DNA from: Raillietiella orientalis | Lineage: Eukaryota | Length of the DNA stretch: 64,000 nucleotides | Assembly (NCBI GenBank): GCA_036172245.1 | Contig: JAYWIR010000032.1 | Location: forward strand, 1,736,001 to 1,800,000 | Reading direction: 5' to 3' | In this document: positions 12,829 through 24,859 of the stretch, piece by piece | Layout of the letters: every line of letters begins with the position of its first letter | Numbering within the stretch: position 1 is the stretch's first letter | The notes under the pieces: model-generated | Told to the model about the DNA's origin: nothing | Seen by the model: the letters and a program-made list of their open reading frames with translations, nothing else | Databases searched by the model: none | Translations under genes and position numbers: made by a program

Positions 12829-12920
12829 GTTTCGAGTCCCTGCTTGCAAGATGACGCTGGTTGGCCTCTTCGGGTGCGGCAGTGGTGGATGTCGGACGCC
12901 CTCGTTGACTGGCCGGGAGT
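12829..12920 (+). mobile_element. Isolated body segment of the same tRNA-derived cassette
   Basis: gtttcgagtccct..gcaagatgacgctggttggcctcttcgggtg matches the reverse complement of 16090-16135 and 36865-36910. Confidence 0.75.
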
Positions 12921-12979
12921 GGAAGTTGAACCCTCCAGGAAGCAAGGGGCAGGTTCCCTTCGGCCTCTCCCCTCTGGTG

Positions 12980-13450
12980 CTGTGAAAGTGGAGTCGCCCT
13001 TCCCTCTGTGGGGGTGGCCCTCCATCTCATACCATGGAGATGGTGGATGGACATCTCCCCAGAGTATCAAGAAGTGCGCTGCTCCTTTCGGGGAGTGGAT
13101 CCTTCAGAGAAATCTCGAAGCGTCTCTTCGGGGTTCTCTCCAGAGGAGGAAACCAGGAGCGGATCTTTTCCTGGGGGTCCCTCCGGATAAGAAATGATGC
13201 GTGGTCCCCTCCGGGAGGTCTACACCAGGAAGAATAAGGATGAAGGGGTTGTCTTCGGATTTCCAACGAAGAGCAAGAGGAACGGACTCCTTGCCCTGGA
13301 GCCTTGCTGGATTCGTAGGGTGGTCCCTACGGGGTCACCCCTTATAAATTGAGGAGAGTTCCACGCACCCTGGGTTGGACGTGGACAGTGCTGAAAGAGC
13401 TTCCTGTCCCCTAAGAAGCCGAGCGGTTTTTCAGTACTATGGGTGGGCTG
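12980..13450 (-). repeat. Unit B copy
   Basis: Reverse complement reads cagggtgcgtgg..ccctacgaatccagcaagg, followed by the subrepeats. Confidence 0.7.
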
Positions 13451-13749
13451 CGGAGACTCCTCGAAAGGCGAGCTGCCTAGCGGAATCCGAGGGAGGTGCA
13501 GCGCAGCAGACGGCAACGATCCGTATGCGAATCTCTTCAGACGGAGACTCCACTTTCCTTCCTTCGAGTGTCGCGGGAGGAAGGATGCGATCCGCGCGGG
13601 AAGATGCCAGCCTGCTGCAAGATGGGGAAAGGGGGGGGGAGGGGTCGTTTGACCCTTTCCTTGGAGAGGGAAGCAGAGGGAGGCAGCTTCCTCGCTCCGC
13701 TGGGAAGAGGCTGCGCGCGCGCGATGCGTGTCGTCACGCGCGGTTCAGG

Positions 13750-14250
13750 GCGCCCAGTCCGTCGTCTTCAGACCTGCAGACCCGAAGGAATTCCACGTAG
13801 CTAAAGGATGCTGGTCAGGACCGGCTGAGCTGCGCCACCGATGCGGGGGGTGGAGATGCGCAATGCGCCGAATGGACAGGCGACTCGGAAACAGGGCAGC
13901 TTCCGGACCACCGAAGCTCAGCGATGCGTGCGCGCCGTCCAGATCGTCTGCGCCGATCTGGTATGACCAACCCAAGGCCTTCTCAGCCTCATAGGAAACC
14001 AGGACCACCTGCGGTGGTCCTGGTTTCCTTTGAGGGTTTGCGGAGACGATCCGGAAATGCTTCCAGAGCGTGGTCAGCACCTGTGGGGAGCAGTAGCCTT
14101 GGCAACCTTCCCGCCTGCTCCAAGTTCCCTGGCGACGACCCGACTGGGCGGGTCCTCCATATCTGCGCGTGCGCCGAGCGCGGCGACTCGACCCAGCTCA
14201 CGCGAAGGAGGGGGAGGGGAGAGAGCTGCTCGCCCCCGTCGAACGCCATC
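13750..14250 (-). mobile_element. Degenerate LINE RT core (domains 4-5)
   Basis: SRREGCQGYCSPQVL (compare RGVRQGCPLSP) followed by IGADDL (compare YADD). Confidence 0.65.
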
Positions 14251-14959
14251 TGCTGCGGAGGCTGAGAAAGACGGGAAGGGACGCAGATTGACGAGCGAGT
14301 CTCTCTAGCCTGACCTCCTCTGTGGGGCAGGGTCTCTCTCGCTGCGGATGAGGAGGAGGAGGTGATTTGGAGGAGGGGGCGGGTCCCTCATGGCTGCCGC
14401 TCACGCCGGAAGGTTTGCCGGAAGGGACCAGCCCGACGGAGCCCGGGAGAGGGGCCGTTTCTTAAATCTTCTCCTGCGCTCGGAGAGGCAGGGAGGAGAG
14501 TCGCCGCACCTCAGGGCGGCGCTCCCCAGTTGAGGGGACCAAATTTCGCCAAGAGCTTTGACCTTGAATGGGCTTGCCCACGCCGCGATCAGCCTCTGTC
14601 ATCTACCCACAGGAAGGGACGGTCAGGGGGCACGAAGAGAGAGCAGCAAGGAGGATCCCGCTTGGATCTCCTTAAGAGCTTCCACGGTGGCGTCAGTTCG
14701 GCGGGAAGAAGGCGGGAGAAAGTTCTTTGGGCGGATGCGCCTGACGCGGGTAACGGCCGGCAGGGTTGTATTCCGCTCTATGGCACCGCCTCCGGGTGTC
14801 TGCTTCGCGGCTTCCGAGTTTCGGTGTCCTGCATGGGGAGGAAGCCGGGCGCCGTGCATGCTGCGTGTCCCGACACCCAGCTAGGATCGCGTGGGTCTGA
14901 CCACAGCGAGGCAGGCACGAGCCTGGAAGGACCCCGGAGAGTCCACTTCTAATCCCAGG

Positions 14960-16075
14960 GGCCAGCCAATAGGAGCATTCGGAGAGTTGCTGGCTTTCAC
15001 CAGTGCCGCAAGTGGGCGAGGATCTAGGTGACAAATGCAGAACAGGTGCGATGTTCCCTGTACGCGCGCAATAACATCACACTACGGAGGATCCTGGAAG
15101 ATTCCTTGAAGAGTGCGTGGGCAAACGGAATCTCCCTCGCCTCCGCTCTGCCTTCCCTAAGGGAACACATGGGCAGCAGTCTGACGGCTAGGTGGGAGCT
15201 TACTGTGAAAACCTCCGGAAGGAGAAAAGCACAGGACCAATGGACGACGGGACAGGTTACCGACGCTGCGACCCCGAGTGCTCGACTTCACGGACTTTTG
15301 TTCTCGAGCATGCTACTGGATATTGAAGAGGAAGACCTGAAGTGGTTCCTTGTGCTCACGAACACCCACACCTTCCCCTTAAAGTGGCAGGAGCTGGCGT
15401 TCATGATGATGCACTGGGAACTCCCGTGCAACGCTCACCGGCAGTGGACACGGGGGAGGTGTGGACGCGCACTATGCAAGGTGCAGGGAGCGAGAATATC
15501 GCCTCAAGAATCACCTCCTAGTAGACTGTGTTGCTCTCTGGCCTCCCGACGCTTTGCTGCGACCCTTAGAAACCCGACGGCAACACCAGAGACGTTTTGA
15601 AGCGCCTCTTCCTGCGCGACACCCTCACGCCGGCAGGTCGCATCCCCAGCAGCATTGCGCTGCCCATGAGGAATCGTGACTGCATGGAGCAACGCCAGAG
15701 GAGACTAGAACGACAGGGACGCCATATTATTTTTCTGTCCTCTTCATGAGGTCAGCGTCAAGATAGCCTCATCTGGGAGCCATAAAATAGGAACTTGCGG
15801 GCACCCTTTCAAGGATGCAGAGGACGCCCTCCAGCACCCGGCGATCCCTTCCCGAACCCCCCATTTTTTTGACTGTGTGTTTTTTGTTTTACTTTTGCTC
15901 TTTTTGTTTGTCTTCCCTTCTCCTGTGCTGCCTAGGCGAACCCCGCTGTCCTGCGTGCCAGTTCCCGGCAGGTTCCTTCTTGTAGCTTGTATAAGTAACG
16001 TGGCAAGATCAAACGTTCTGCCACAGACGTGCATGTTTATTTTATAAATAAATGCCCCGGTGTGACGGGGTGTCA
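14960..16075 (+). mobile_element. LINE ORF2 C-terminus and 3' UTR (copy D)
   Basis: ORF 15028-15600 (WELTVKTSGRR..WTTGQVTDAATPS..PLKWQELAFMMMHWELP), then CARCRERE..HLLVDCVALW. Hairpins present; AATAAA at 16047. Confidence 0.85.
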
Positions 16076-16245
16076 GCCAGTGCCGTCTCACCGGAATAGA
16101 CCAACCAGCGTCATCTTGCGGGAGGGACTCGAAACGCACCGATTTCTCGGCGTTGGTCCTTCCCGGTCGGGATTCGAATCCGCGACGCTTGGCACAGCAC
16201 GCGAGCGGAGACCGCAGCAGCACTCCGGAGAGCCGACGGTTGGAA
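16075..16245 (-). mobile_element. tRNA-derived Pol III cassette, antisense to and abutting the LINE 3' end
   Basis: Minus-strand B-box ggattcgaatccc at 16169-16181; body shared with 36850-37022. Confidence 0.75.
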
Positions 16246-17139
16246 GCATCAGGAAATGAGACCGCAGAAGACGAGCAAACGCCTCGAAGGCGCGCGAGGC
16301 CGGGTCCATGGAAACGAAGCTGCAGCGAAGTACCGTGCACAACTCCGGAGCGTGAGCACAGGGCACTATGTCGGTGTCGTCGGGAAAGCCGCCACCCTGG
16401 AGAAGCTGCGGCGAGGAGAGGAGGGAAAACTTCGCCGTCTCGGGCAAAGCGCAGGTCGTCAAACCTGGATTCCGCGCAAGGCCATCCGCCATCCACCTGA
16501 TAGGTGATTCGCTCGATCCTGCCATCCGGACCAACGGTGGCGGCGGAGAGGGCGACTGCCACGCAGGGTTGGGCGCGATGCTCCCCGTCTCCCCCCTCCT
16601 TCCCCTCTGCCTCCCCACCTGCACCTCTTCCCAGCCTTGTCGAGGAGGCAGGGCACGCGAAGGAGAACGAGGGGTCGGGGGAAGGGGTGCCGGCAGCGGG
16701 TTACCCGGCAACCCCGGCGGCGGGGGGCGAGGCGAGCGGTGATCCCGATCGCGAATGAGACGGCGCGCGCGCCGGACCGGCGCAGCGACGAGCGAAACAC
16801 CGCTGCAAGGTCAGCGGAATGTCGCGCGGCAACGCGACGACCGACGGCTGCGGATCTCTGGATCGCGCGCGCGCCCGCGCGCCTCGATCCGGGGGGGGGG
16901 GGGGGGAAAGGAACCTCTTTGCGAGCTTCTCGCGCTAGAAGCCGCCGACCCGTCCGTGGCCTGCGGGCTCCGCAGCTGAAACGAGAGCGGATCGCTCTCG
17001 CTTTCGCTCAGACGGTCGCTCGACGCAACTCCGCGGACTCGCTTCTCCTTGCACTGTTGGCTCAGAGTTGCGCCAACGGTGCAAGGACAAGCGAGCGCTC
17101 TGGATGGGAGAGGAGGATGGAAAAGACCGTCGCCGCCAC

Positions 17140-17660
17140 CGTCGTCAAAGGAACGGTGACGACGACGATGACGACAATCACGGCAAGAAAAGTTATGATG
17201 AGCTCACGCATGATAGCGAAGATAAAAACCATGGCAACAGCAGCAGCAATGACGATAATAACACGAAGAATAATAATTTAGGCAACAAAAATAACTGCAA
17301 CAATGACTACGGTAGTAATAGTGACGGTTGTAATAATAATGATGGCAGCTATGATGGTGACGACGATGGAGAGGATGATAACTACAGTGATAATTACGAT
17401 AATATAGTGGCAGCGATAGCGCCACGCATGCCGACGGTAACCACACTTACAGCGGTGGTAACAGTGAAAAGCATAAGCATCGTGACAATAGAAATGATGA
17501 CAATGTCAACAATAACAATGATCATCAGGAAAAAATTGATAACAACAACAATAAAAGACAAACTATTGTTGTTGCTACTTTTGCAGCGGCGATAAGGAGG
17601 ATGTTGATGACAAGAATCACAGCAATGATTCAGCATCATGATCCTGATGAATCATGAGCG
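17140..17660. repeat. Degenerate trinucleotide (GAT/AAT/AAC/GAC) microsatellite
   Basis: Period-3 A-rich repeats throughout. Confidence 0.9.
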
Positions 17661-19119
17661 TGGTGTGGATGAAAATAAAAAACGGGAACACAGAGGGAAT
17701 CAATCATTAAGACGGAAGCCAATTATGGATCTCGTGGGCATCTTTTTTCCCTCAAGGAACCTCACTCAGGGCTCACCGGGAAAGACGGCATGGCGACGTC
17801 TTTGATGGTGCGATGTCAGCAAAGGATTTTGCGAAGGGACCAGCAGCTGTCGGCTGCCTGGAAACGAGAGGTCGCCCATCCATCAGCGTAGCAAATGGCT
17901 GGGAAGCGGAGGGAAAGGGGAGAGGGGGGGAGGCATTTAGCCCCGGCTCGCAGAGGGTCGGAACCGCGCGCAGCCGAGAGAAAGCCGAGGAGTCCCGGGT
18001 CGGTGCGAGCGTGTCTCTTGGCAGGGAGAAACCTGCGCCGGCCAGGAGGAAAGGGGGGTAGGGGTGGACGCTGCCGAGCGTCGAGTCCCGTCCGCGGCAG
18101 GGGGATCGGGAAGAGCACGGAGGGGGTTCGCGGACGCGGGAGGACAAACAGTAGAGTAGCGGGCGCGCACGTTTCCCCGGAAAGAAAGGGAAAAGTCCAC
18201 ACCGGACGGGATACATCAGGCGGCGACAGGCCCCGCCGCCATATTGCTCGTCTGCTGGGCGGGCGCAGGAAGGAGCGAAACGAAATGCAGGGGGCCGGCG
18301 TCCCTCCCTCGCCTCTCTCGGCGGGGAAATCACGCGCGCGGCCTCCCAGCGCCGGATTCCTTAGTAATTCAATGGGCAGAGATCAATTTGATCATCCGGG
18401 GAGTTAGAGGGGGAGGCAGCTCGGCCGACGCGGGCACCATCTGTAAGCGAGCGCGCGAGGTGCGGGAGACGTGCGCTTTCCCCTTCCTCGTCGCCTCGCG
18501 TTCCTCCGCTTCCAGTCGGCAGTTCTCGAGGCGGACGGCGATCCGCGGTCGAGGAGAAGGAGTGTGAGTGAGGATTTTTCGGGAAAGCTGCCACGCGAAG
18601 TACCCGGAGGCAAGAGAATCGTCGCGGGATCGCCGAACGCCTTGCCACTGGAGGGGTCGGATGCCCGCAGTAGGGCGCCCTCGTCCCGCGCATCGAGGTG
18701 CCTGAAGGAATGTCGGAGCGAGCTCCCCCTTATCCTGGTCCGGTGAGATGAGCGGCCGCTCGCTTCGGTCCCTCTACAGGGGAGGAAGACGAAGTTGGGA
18801 GGTTCGTATCTTGCCGGAGGGGGGCATGTACGTCTGGCGCGACTCTGCAAAAGTCTCTCCGTGCGAGCCTCTCTGAGGATTGCGGCGAGGCGACGAGGAG
18901 CGCGGAGGGACTCGGGTGCCACGGGGGACATCCCTGACCGTGGATGGGCAGCCCGAGGCGGTATCCGGCTTCCCAGTGTCGCCGCGAGTGCCTGGAGAGA
19001 CGTCAGTGCGTTTAGCTCGCACAGAGCCATCGGGAACTCCCGACGGCCTGCGATGACCGTCACGCTCTTCACGAGATCACTCGAAGAGCGCTTTCCCGAG
19101 TGAAGCTCTGCCCACACCA

Positions 19120-19350
19120 GCAGGGGGCCCGTGCAGCAGCCCTTCAAATCATCTCCAGGACCACCCTATGAATTCAGGAAGGAGGAAGGAGTTCATTCCT
19201 CGCTCTCGGGAGGGAATCCACTTCCTGATTCTCTCCCACAGGGGGGTAGAGGGATCCACTTCTCGTTCCCTCCTTTCGAGAGAACTCCGAGGGCACGCTT
19301 CCCGTTTCCCCGAGGGCAGTCCCCGGAGGAAGTGGATCGCTTCTGGCGTG
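19120..19350 (+). repeat. Unit B copy (partial)
   Basis: cccttcaaat..ccctatgaattcaggaagg followed by subrepeats. Confidence 0.6.
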
Positions 19351-21099
19351 CACCGGACCTTCCTCCCCCTCCGCCCTTTTTCCCAAGGGAACAAGGGATT
19401 CGCCACCGGAACACGCTCTCATCCACGTGCTTTGCGGACGAACCGCTTCCCCGCCTGTCGTGGGCAACCGCCGAGGGATCCTCCGGTGGCACCCAAGGAC
19501 GCCGTGAAGCAGCCTCCCTCCGCCCCGCGTTTGGGGATTCGGCAATCGCGCGAGGTACGCCGGAGGCGGCTGGAACCTCCGCAGGACAGACGCTGCAGCA
19601 TCCGTCCTCACCACCGGCGAACCATTCCGCTCTGATCTGTGCTGTCGTGCACCGGCGGAGGCCACCACTATCCGGCGAGGCTGAGGAGATCAGCGGCAGC
19701 CGTGCGGTCCAAGGGAATTTACAGGCAAATTCGGGCCGAAAGACGACGAAGGGAGGGAGGTAAGGTCTTCGCCGCTGGGTAAGGCGACCAGAACCGAGAC
19801 GACAGGCAGGAACCTTCCCTGCGCGCTGCTCTCCTCTAAGTGGGTCCGGCGTGTCCTCGAGAACCCCTGCGGCTGCGCCCGCTTGGGTAGCGCTTCTTCT
19901 CAAAGCCACGAGAACCCTCGTCCGTCCTTCGAACGGGATGGCGCATCCGCTATCTGCAGGGCTTCTATCGAATACTTTGGTTCTGCAGTTCCGCCGCTAG
20001 AGGAATGGAGGAGCACGCGAATCTCGCCGCGTCATGACGGTGCGAGCGTGGGAGGAGGATGGGTGGAGACAGAGGCACAGAGGCTCTCCTTGTGTGGAAA
20101 GGTGGGCGGAGATGGTAGTTTTCCCACTTACCTCTTCCCCGCGGAGAAGAGTACCTTCCATCGTCTCCTGAGCAAAGTGCGCTCAGATGTGGGTGGGTGG
20201 ACGCGTCCGTCCACTCGGGAGAACTGACGCTTCCGCCGCTGAACTGCCCGGTTGCCGAGCCAAGAGCGCGTGCCTCCAAAGGACGGCATTCGGTATTGTC
20301 CTCCGCTTCGTGAGAATTTCCGGTCCATTTCCTGGATCAGACCATGGACAGGAACCTGGGTGAGATGGGAAGCTGCGGTTGCAGCCTCAATGCGAGATGC
20401 AAAAGACTAAAACTGGAGCCTCTCAGTCTGTCCTTCGCTCTTCCGAGATCTGCTACTTCTGAGCACCCTTCTCCCGCGTTTACTCGCTGATTCCTCCTTT
20501 TATTTTTCCATCACCCAACGAGGCGGAGACCTTGATCGAAGTCCTCCTGCGAGTAGCTGTCTGGGACTCTGCTTGGCACAAGATCAACCTGAAAGAGACT
20601 TGGTGACAGCACGCTGAGGCATGGCTGCAGAGTCTGCCGATATTGGGGAGGGGTGGAGTTACAGCTGAGGTTGCTGCAGGTCCGGCATTGGAAGCAGCGC
20701 TAAAAACCCCGAAGGACGCGACATCCCTTGTGGTCCTCAGCTAAGGTTGCAGTCCCTGCCACAGAAGCAAGAGATGAGGCGCGAGTGTTTCCTTCTGGGA
20801 AAGAGGGCTTTTCCCCTCCGGTGACCAGCTCGTGGATTTCTGCTTCCCCAACACACTCCCGTGCGCAGTGATAGGAAGAGGTTGGCTGTCTTCGAAAGGT
20901 TTCAGTCCCTAAGGGATTCGTCCTTCCCATCACCTCAGAGGAGTAGGAAGGAGGAGGAGGAGGAATTGAAGAATGGAGAAGAAATGTAGGAGTAGAAGGA
21001 AGAGGACTCAATTCGTCCTGCCCTTCGCTTCCCTTTCCCTTGCTTTTCTTCCTCCCTTTTTCCTCCTCCTCTACCTTCTCTTCTTTTCTTTCTCCACTG

Positions 21100-21600
21100 T
21101 TCGGGAAAGGCACCGCCCACCAGCATATCGGGATGCTCCATGGCAGGCCGGAGGGTGGCTCCGCTCTCTTTATCCATGGACTTCGCAAGAAACGCGGAAG
21201 AGACGCAGGGCCGCCTCGCCCCCAAGTCTGAATTTCTCGCCGGAGAATTCCTGGCTCCAGCGCACTGCGGCCTTTTCCCATGACCTTTGTTTGAGGAAAC
21301 CGTGCTCGTGCGCTGGAGCTTTCGTGGATGTCCCCAGGTCCCGGAAGCTCGTGGGAAAGGGATCGCCTGAACTCGGACCTCTCGCTTCACCGGGATGCCT
21401 GAGCACTGAGAAGGGCCCGTCGCAACCCAGGCGGTTCGCTTTATTCTCCACGAAGAGATCAGAGGTTGGCGGAACGACGGGAAACTTCGGGGTGGGCTGG
21501 TTCCGAGCTCGGAGCACCGGCAGCTCCAGCTCTCTGGAGCTCTCTGGGTCGAATTCGGAACCCCGGAGGTCCTACCCTGCATATGCTCCTCCCGTCACCT
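21100..21600 (-). mobile_element. Degenerate LINE RT domain 4 remnant
   Basis: CDGPFSVLRH..RGPSSGDPFPTSF (compare NG..S..F...GVRQGDPLSP.LF). Confidence 0.5.
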
Positions 21601-23529
21601 ATGGAACCACCATGCGACAGGGAGTTTAAGTTCCACTTCTGGGAGTGCGAATGAGAGCTGCCTTCGCTCCCGAATCGGTCCCTAGCCGTAGGTCAGGCCT
21701 GATGTCCATCTAGCCCCGAATGCAGCCGGGTCACAAGAGAGAAATATTAAAAATTCACCAAACAATTGGGCTAGCCGTCTGTAGACCCGGAGGGAAGAGG
21801 GAAGTCTGGATGCCAGAACCACCGGGACAGTAGGAATGCAGGGGACGACTCTCATAGTGCTGGTTGGGGGCTGCGTCTCGAAGGGCTCACCCTCTCCACG
21901 TGGCTTCCTCTTGGTGATGGAATTTCGTTTCTTCGTCTCAAACGGACGTTCCAGCTTGCGTGGGATGAGGAGATCGCTCCGCAAATGTGCGTCGTCGGCT
22001 CCCTTGGGATTTCCTCAGGAAATTTCGGGATCGGCTCATGATCGCGGCTGCTGAGCAGAAGGAGAATCTGTCTGGAACACCAAAAAAGCACTTTGCGAGC
22101 TTTTCAGGGGTGTTCCCCAGGCCGCCTTCTACCTGCCCTGGGTCAATGTCCGCGCTGTCCAGAGAGTGACTCGTTTTGCACCTTCGGGGTCCGCACCTCG
22201 CGCAGCCCTCTCATAGCCCTCTCATCACTCAGCATGAAATACCTTCCATGCTGAGTGATGCAGTGAGAAAGGCCCGTCGCCTGCCGGCCTGAAGCGACAG
22301 CGTTCGTACTGCCCGGGGGGCATAAGTGACCCTGGATCATGGTCTTGGGCTCAGGGTCTGAGTTGTGTGCCTTGGACGTGCCTCAACTTCTCGAAACCGA
22401 GCTGGAAACCTGACGTTGGAACTCAAGAAGGCTCGTTTGAAACCCGAGAGCGGCCCTCCTGCCTGAGGGCTCTGAACTCCCCCTGATCCTGCTGCGTGGG
22501 GGATCAAACTTTCGCGAAGAGCCCCAATTCGGATGACGGGTTCTCCGGATGAGGAAGCGCGGAACCTACAGACTGATAGGGAGAAAGGGGTTTCAGGAAG
22601 GGTGGAAACTCCTGCTCCTCCTTCTCCTTCATGCACTTGCTGCTGCCGAGCACCCATCGTCACAGGATGTGGAGATTCGGCTTCCCCCTGGGGCAACTCG
22701 CCTCTCTAGCGAAAGCCCATCCGTGGATCTCCTGCCACCCAATGAACCCCAATGCCTGGAGGTTTCAACTAGCAATAATCGCGCCTCCCTTTCGTTCAGC
22801 GGCGGCGATACTGCCCGTGTGCGAGGCTCCACAATGTCTGCAGGCTGTTGAGTCCTGGCTGCATTCCAAAGATTGCGACCGGAGGATCCTTTCTCCCTGC
22901 GACATCTGTTGCCACGGCCTCTGGAAGTGATGATGCAGGACATGGTGAAGTAGTCGACGCTGGTCGTCATACCCCTCGCCGCAGCGCTGTCTACTCTAAG
23001 GGCAAGCGACGACAGCTGCTAACGGCGAGGAGAAGAGAAGGTGGAGGAATGTAGGAGGAGGAAAAAGAGAACTCAAGTCCTCCTCCCTTCCTTCACTTCC
23101 TCTTCTCTCTCTTCTTTCTTCTTCTCCTCTCCTCTTCTCTCTTCCTGTTCCTTCTCCTTCTCTTCCACTCTTCCTCTTCTTTTTCCTCTATTTTCTCTTC
23201 TCTTCTTCCTCTTTCTCTTCCTTCTCCTCCTGAACCATCGCGGGAAGAAAGACGAATGTTGGCTGGAAGACGAGCGAGTTGGTGGATGCTGACACTCCGC
23301 GTAACCTGACGACGGGGCTCCTTCGATGGACAGTGAACTTGAGTGTTGCCACCAAGGAACTCGTGGTCTCTCCCCAATGCTTGGACGTTTCAGTGTCCCT
23401 CTCTATTGCAAGCAGGCTGTGTTTCTGTTTTTGTACTGGAGATTCCGGTGCAACCGTTGTCTCCGCAGGGCCTGCACTTCCTAACTGTGGCAGGTGCGGG
23501 TGGAAGCGCACCTGCTTTTGGACTGAGGT

Positions 23530-23970
23530 GCTCTCCAGGAACCGTGGTGGAGGAGGATGGCATCAGCGCTCCTGCACCAGGAGGACACCGCCCGAGATGT
23601 GCTGAGACATTTCTTCGTTCCGAGGGGACTCTCGACGGGCGCAGTGCTCGCAACGGGGGGTTGAATCCTTGCCATCGTCACGACCCCTTACGTGCTCGAG
23701 ACGACCGCGCAGCGGAAGGAAGATTACCGGGATGGCAGCCGCCTACATGAGCACGGCCGCAAAGTGACCTCACCTGAAACAAGAAGTGAAGGAGATCTCC
23801 AACATTCAACGCCGATTTGAGGATACCTGGGAACGGTGGACACCGGGGACCCTTGTCCCCTGCCTCTCTTTACTTTTTTTTCTCATTCCCTATCCCTGTT
23901 TGCTCTGTAACTTACCGTTTTTTTTTTTTTTTTTTCATTCATTCCGGTGCATACTGAGCGAACCCAAAGA
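23530..23970 (+). mobile_element. 3' end of a more diverged LINE subfamily (copy E)
   Basis: WWRRMASALLHQEDTARDVLRHFFVPRGL resembles LWLRFATALG..LRDVLTRLFVRDAL. Poly-T in the 3' UTR at about 23917-23935. Confidence 0.6.
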
Positions 23971-24859
23971 TCCCTGCCTCAACCCTCCGGAATCCTTTTT
24001 TCCTTGTTGTTGTACCTTTTCCTCTCCTCTCGCTTCCTCTGTTCCGGTCTTTTGGGTGTCCTGACCTGCGTGTCGGCGGACACTCTTGAACTTGTTTTCC
24101 CTTCGGTTAGGAACCAGCGCGCTCCCGACTGGCTCGTCTCCATAGAAGAAGCCCCCTGGCGTGAACGGGTGGGAAACATTCTCGCAGTTATCCTCTCTCG
24201 AAGACTGCGGCAACGGATCCTACCTGCCGCGCCAACGAGCCGGTTTCGCGCCGCCGCTCCGGCTCGCGATCGGGCGGGGCTGCCGCCAGCGGGACGCGAA
24301 CTCTGACGGCCTGCAGCTTCCTCTGCAACTTCCTCGTTCCCGATTGCCAGGGAGGAGAACAGACACGGGCGGTCGGCGGCTCTTCGAAACGATCCGCTGC
24401 CGTCGCTGCCGGGCAGAACCGATCTCCTCGGGCAGTTGGTCGGCTTCATCCGCTGCTGTTTCCAAAACATCCTGGATGATGAGAGCTACCCGGGCTGCCA
24501 TTCAACGAAATCTCCTGTGAATGAGACATTCGGGATAAAAAAAGAAAGAAAGAAAAAGGCCGGCGCTCGCTTTTGCGAGCTTCCAGCTCCATCCGTTCCA
24601 GGGTAGGCGGGACACAGATCCGAGCGGGGAACTCTCTGGGAAGAGGGAGGAGCGTTTCCTGCCGGAAGCTGCCTCGGTGCCTCGCATCGCACACGAGGTG
24701 GGCGATGCGAGGGCGAGGTCGCTGCGCGCTCGAAAGCCAGCGGTCCATTTACGTTCTCCCGTCCTGTTTCTGCGGATGCCGACCAGCAGCTTCTCAAAAG
24801 ATTTTTTCTCTAGGGGCAGGAAGGAGTGAGGGGAGGAGTCGGGCAAGAGGCAATTCACC

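Noticed and set aside
17068..17595. Asp/Asn-rich 175-aa ORF
   Set aside because: Explained by a degenerate trinucleotide microsatellite. The same applies to ORFs over the GA/CT-rich tracts (23050-23230, 42540-43000) and 59561-59809.
24062..24514. Possible minus-strand exon (good acceptor ttcacag at ~24515)
   Set aside because: All three frames stop soon after the acceptor and the product is unrecognisable, so a gene call is unsupported.
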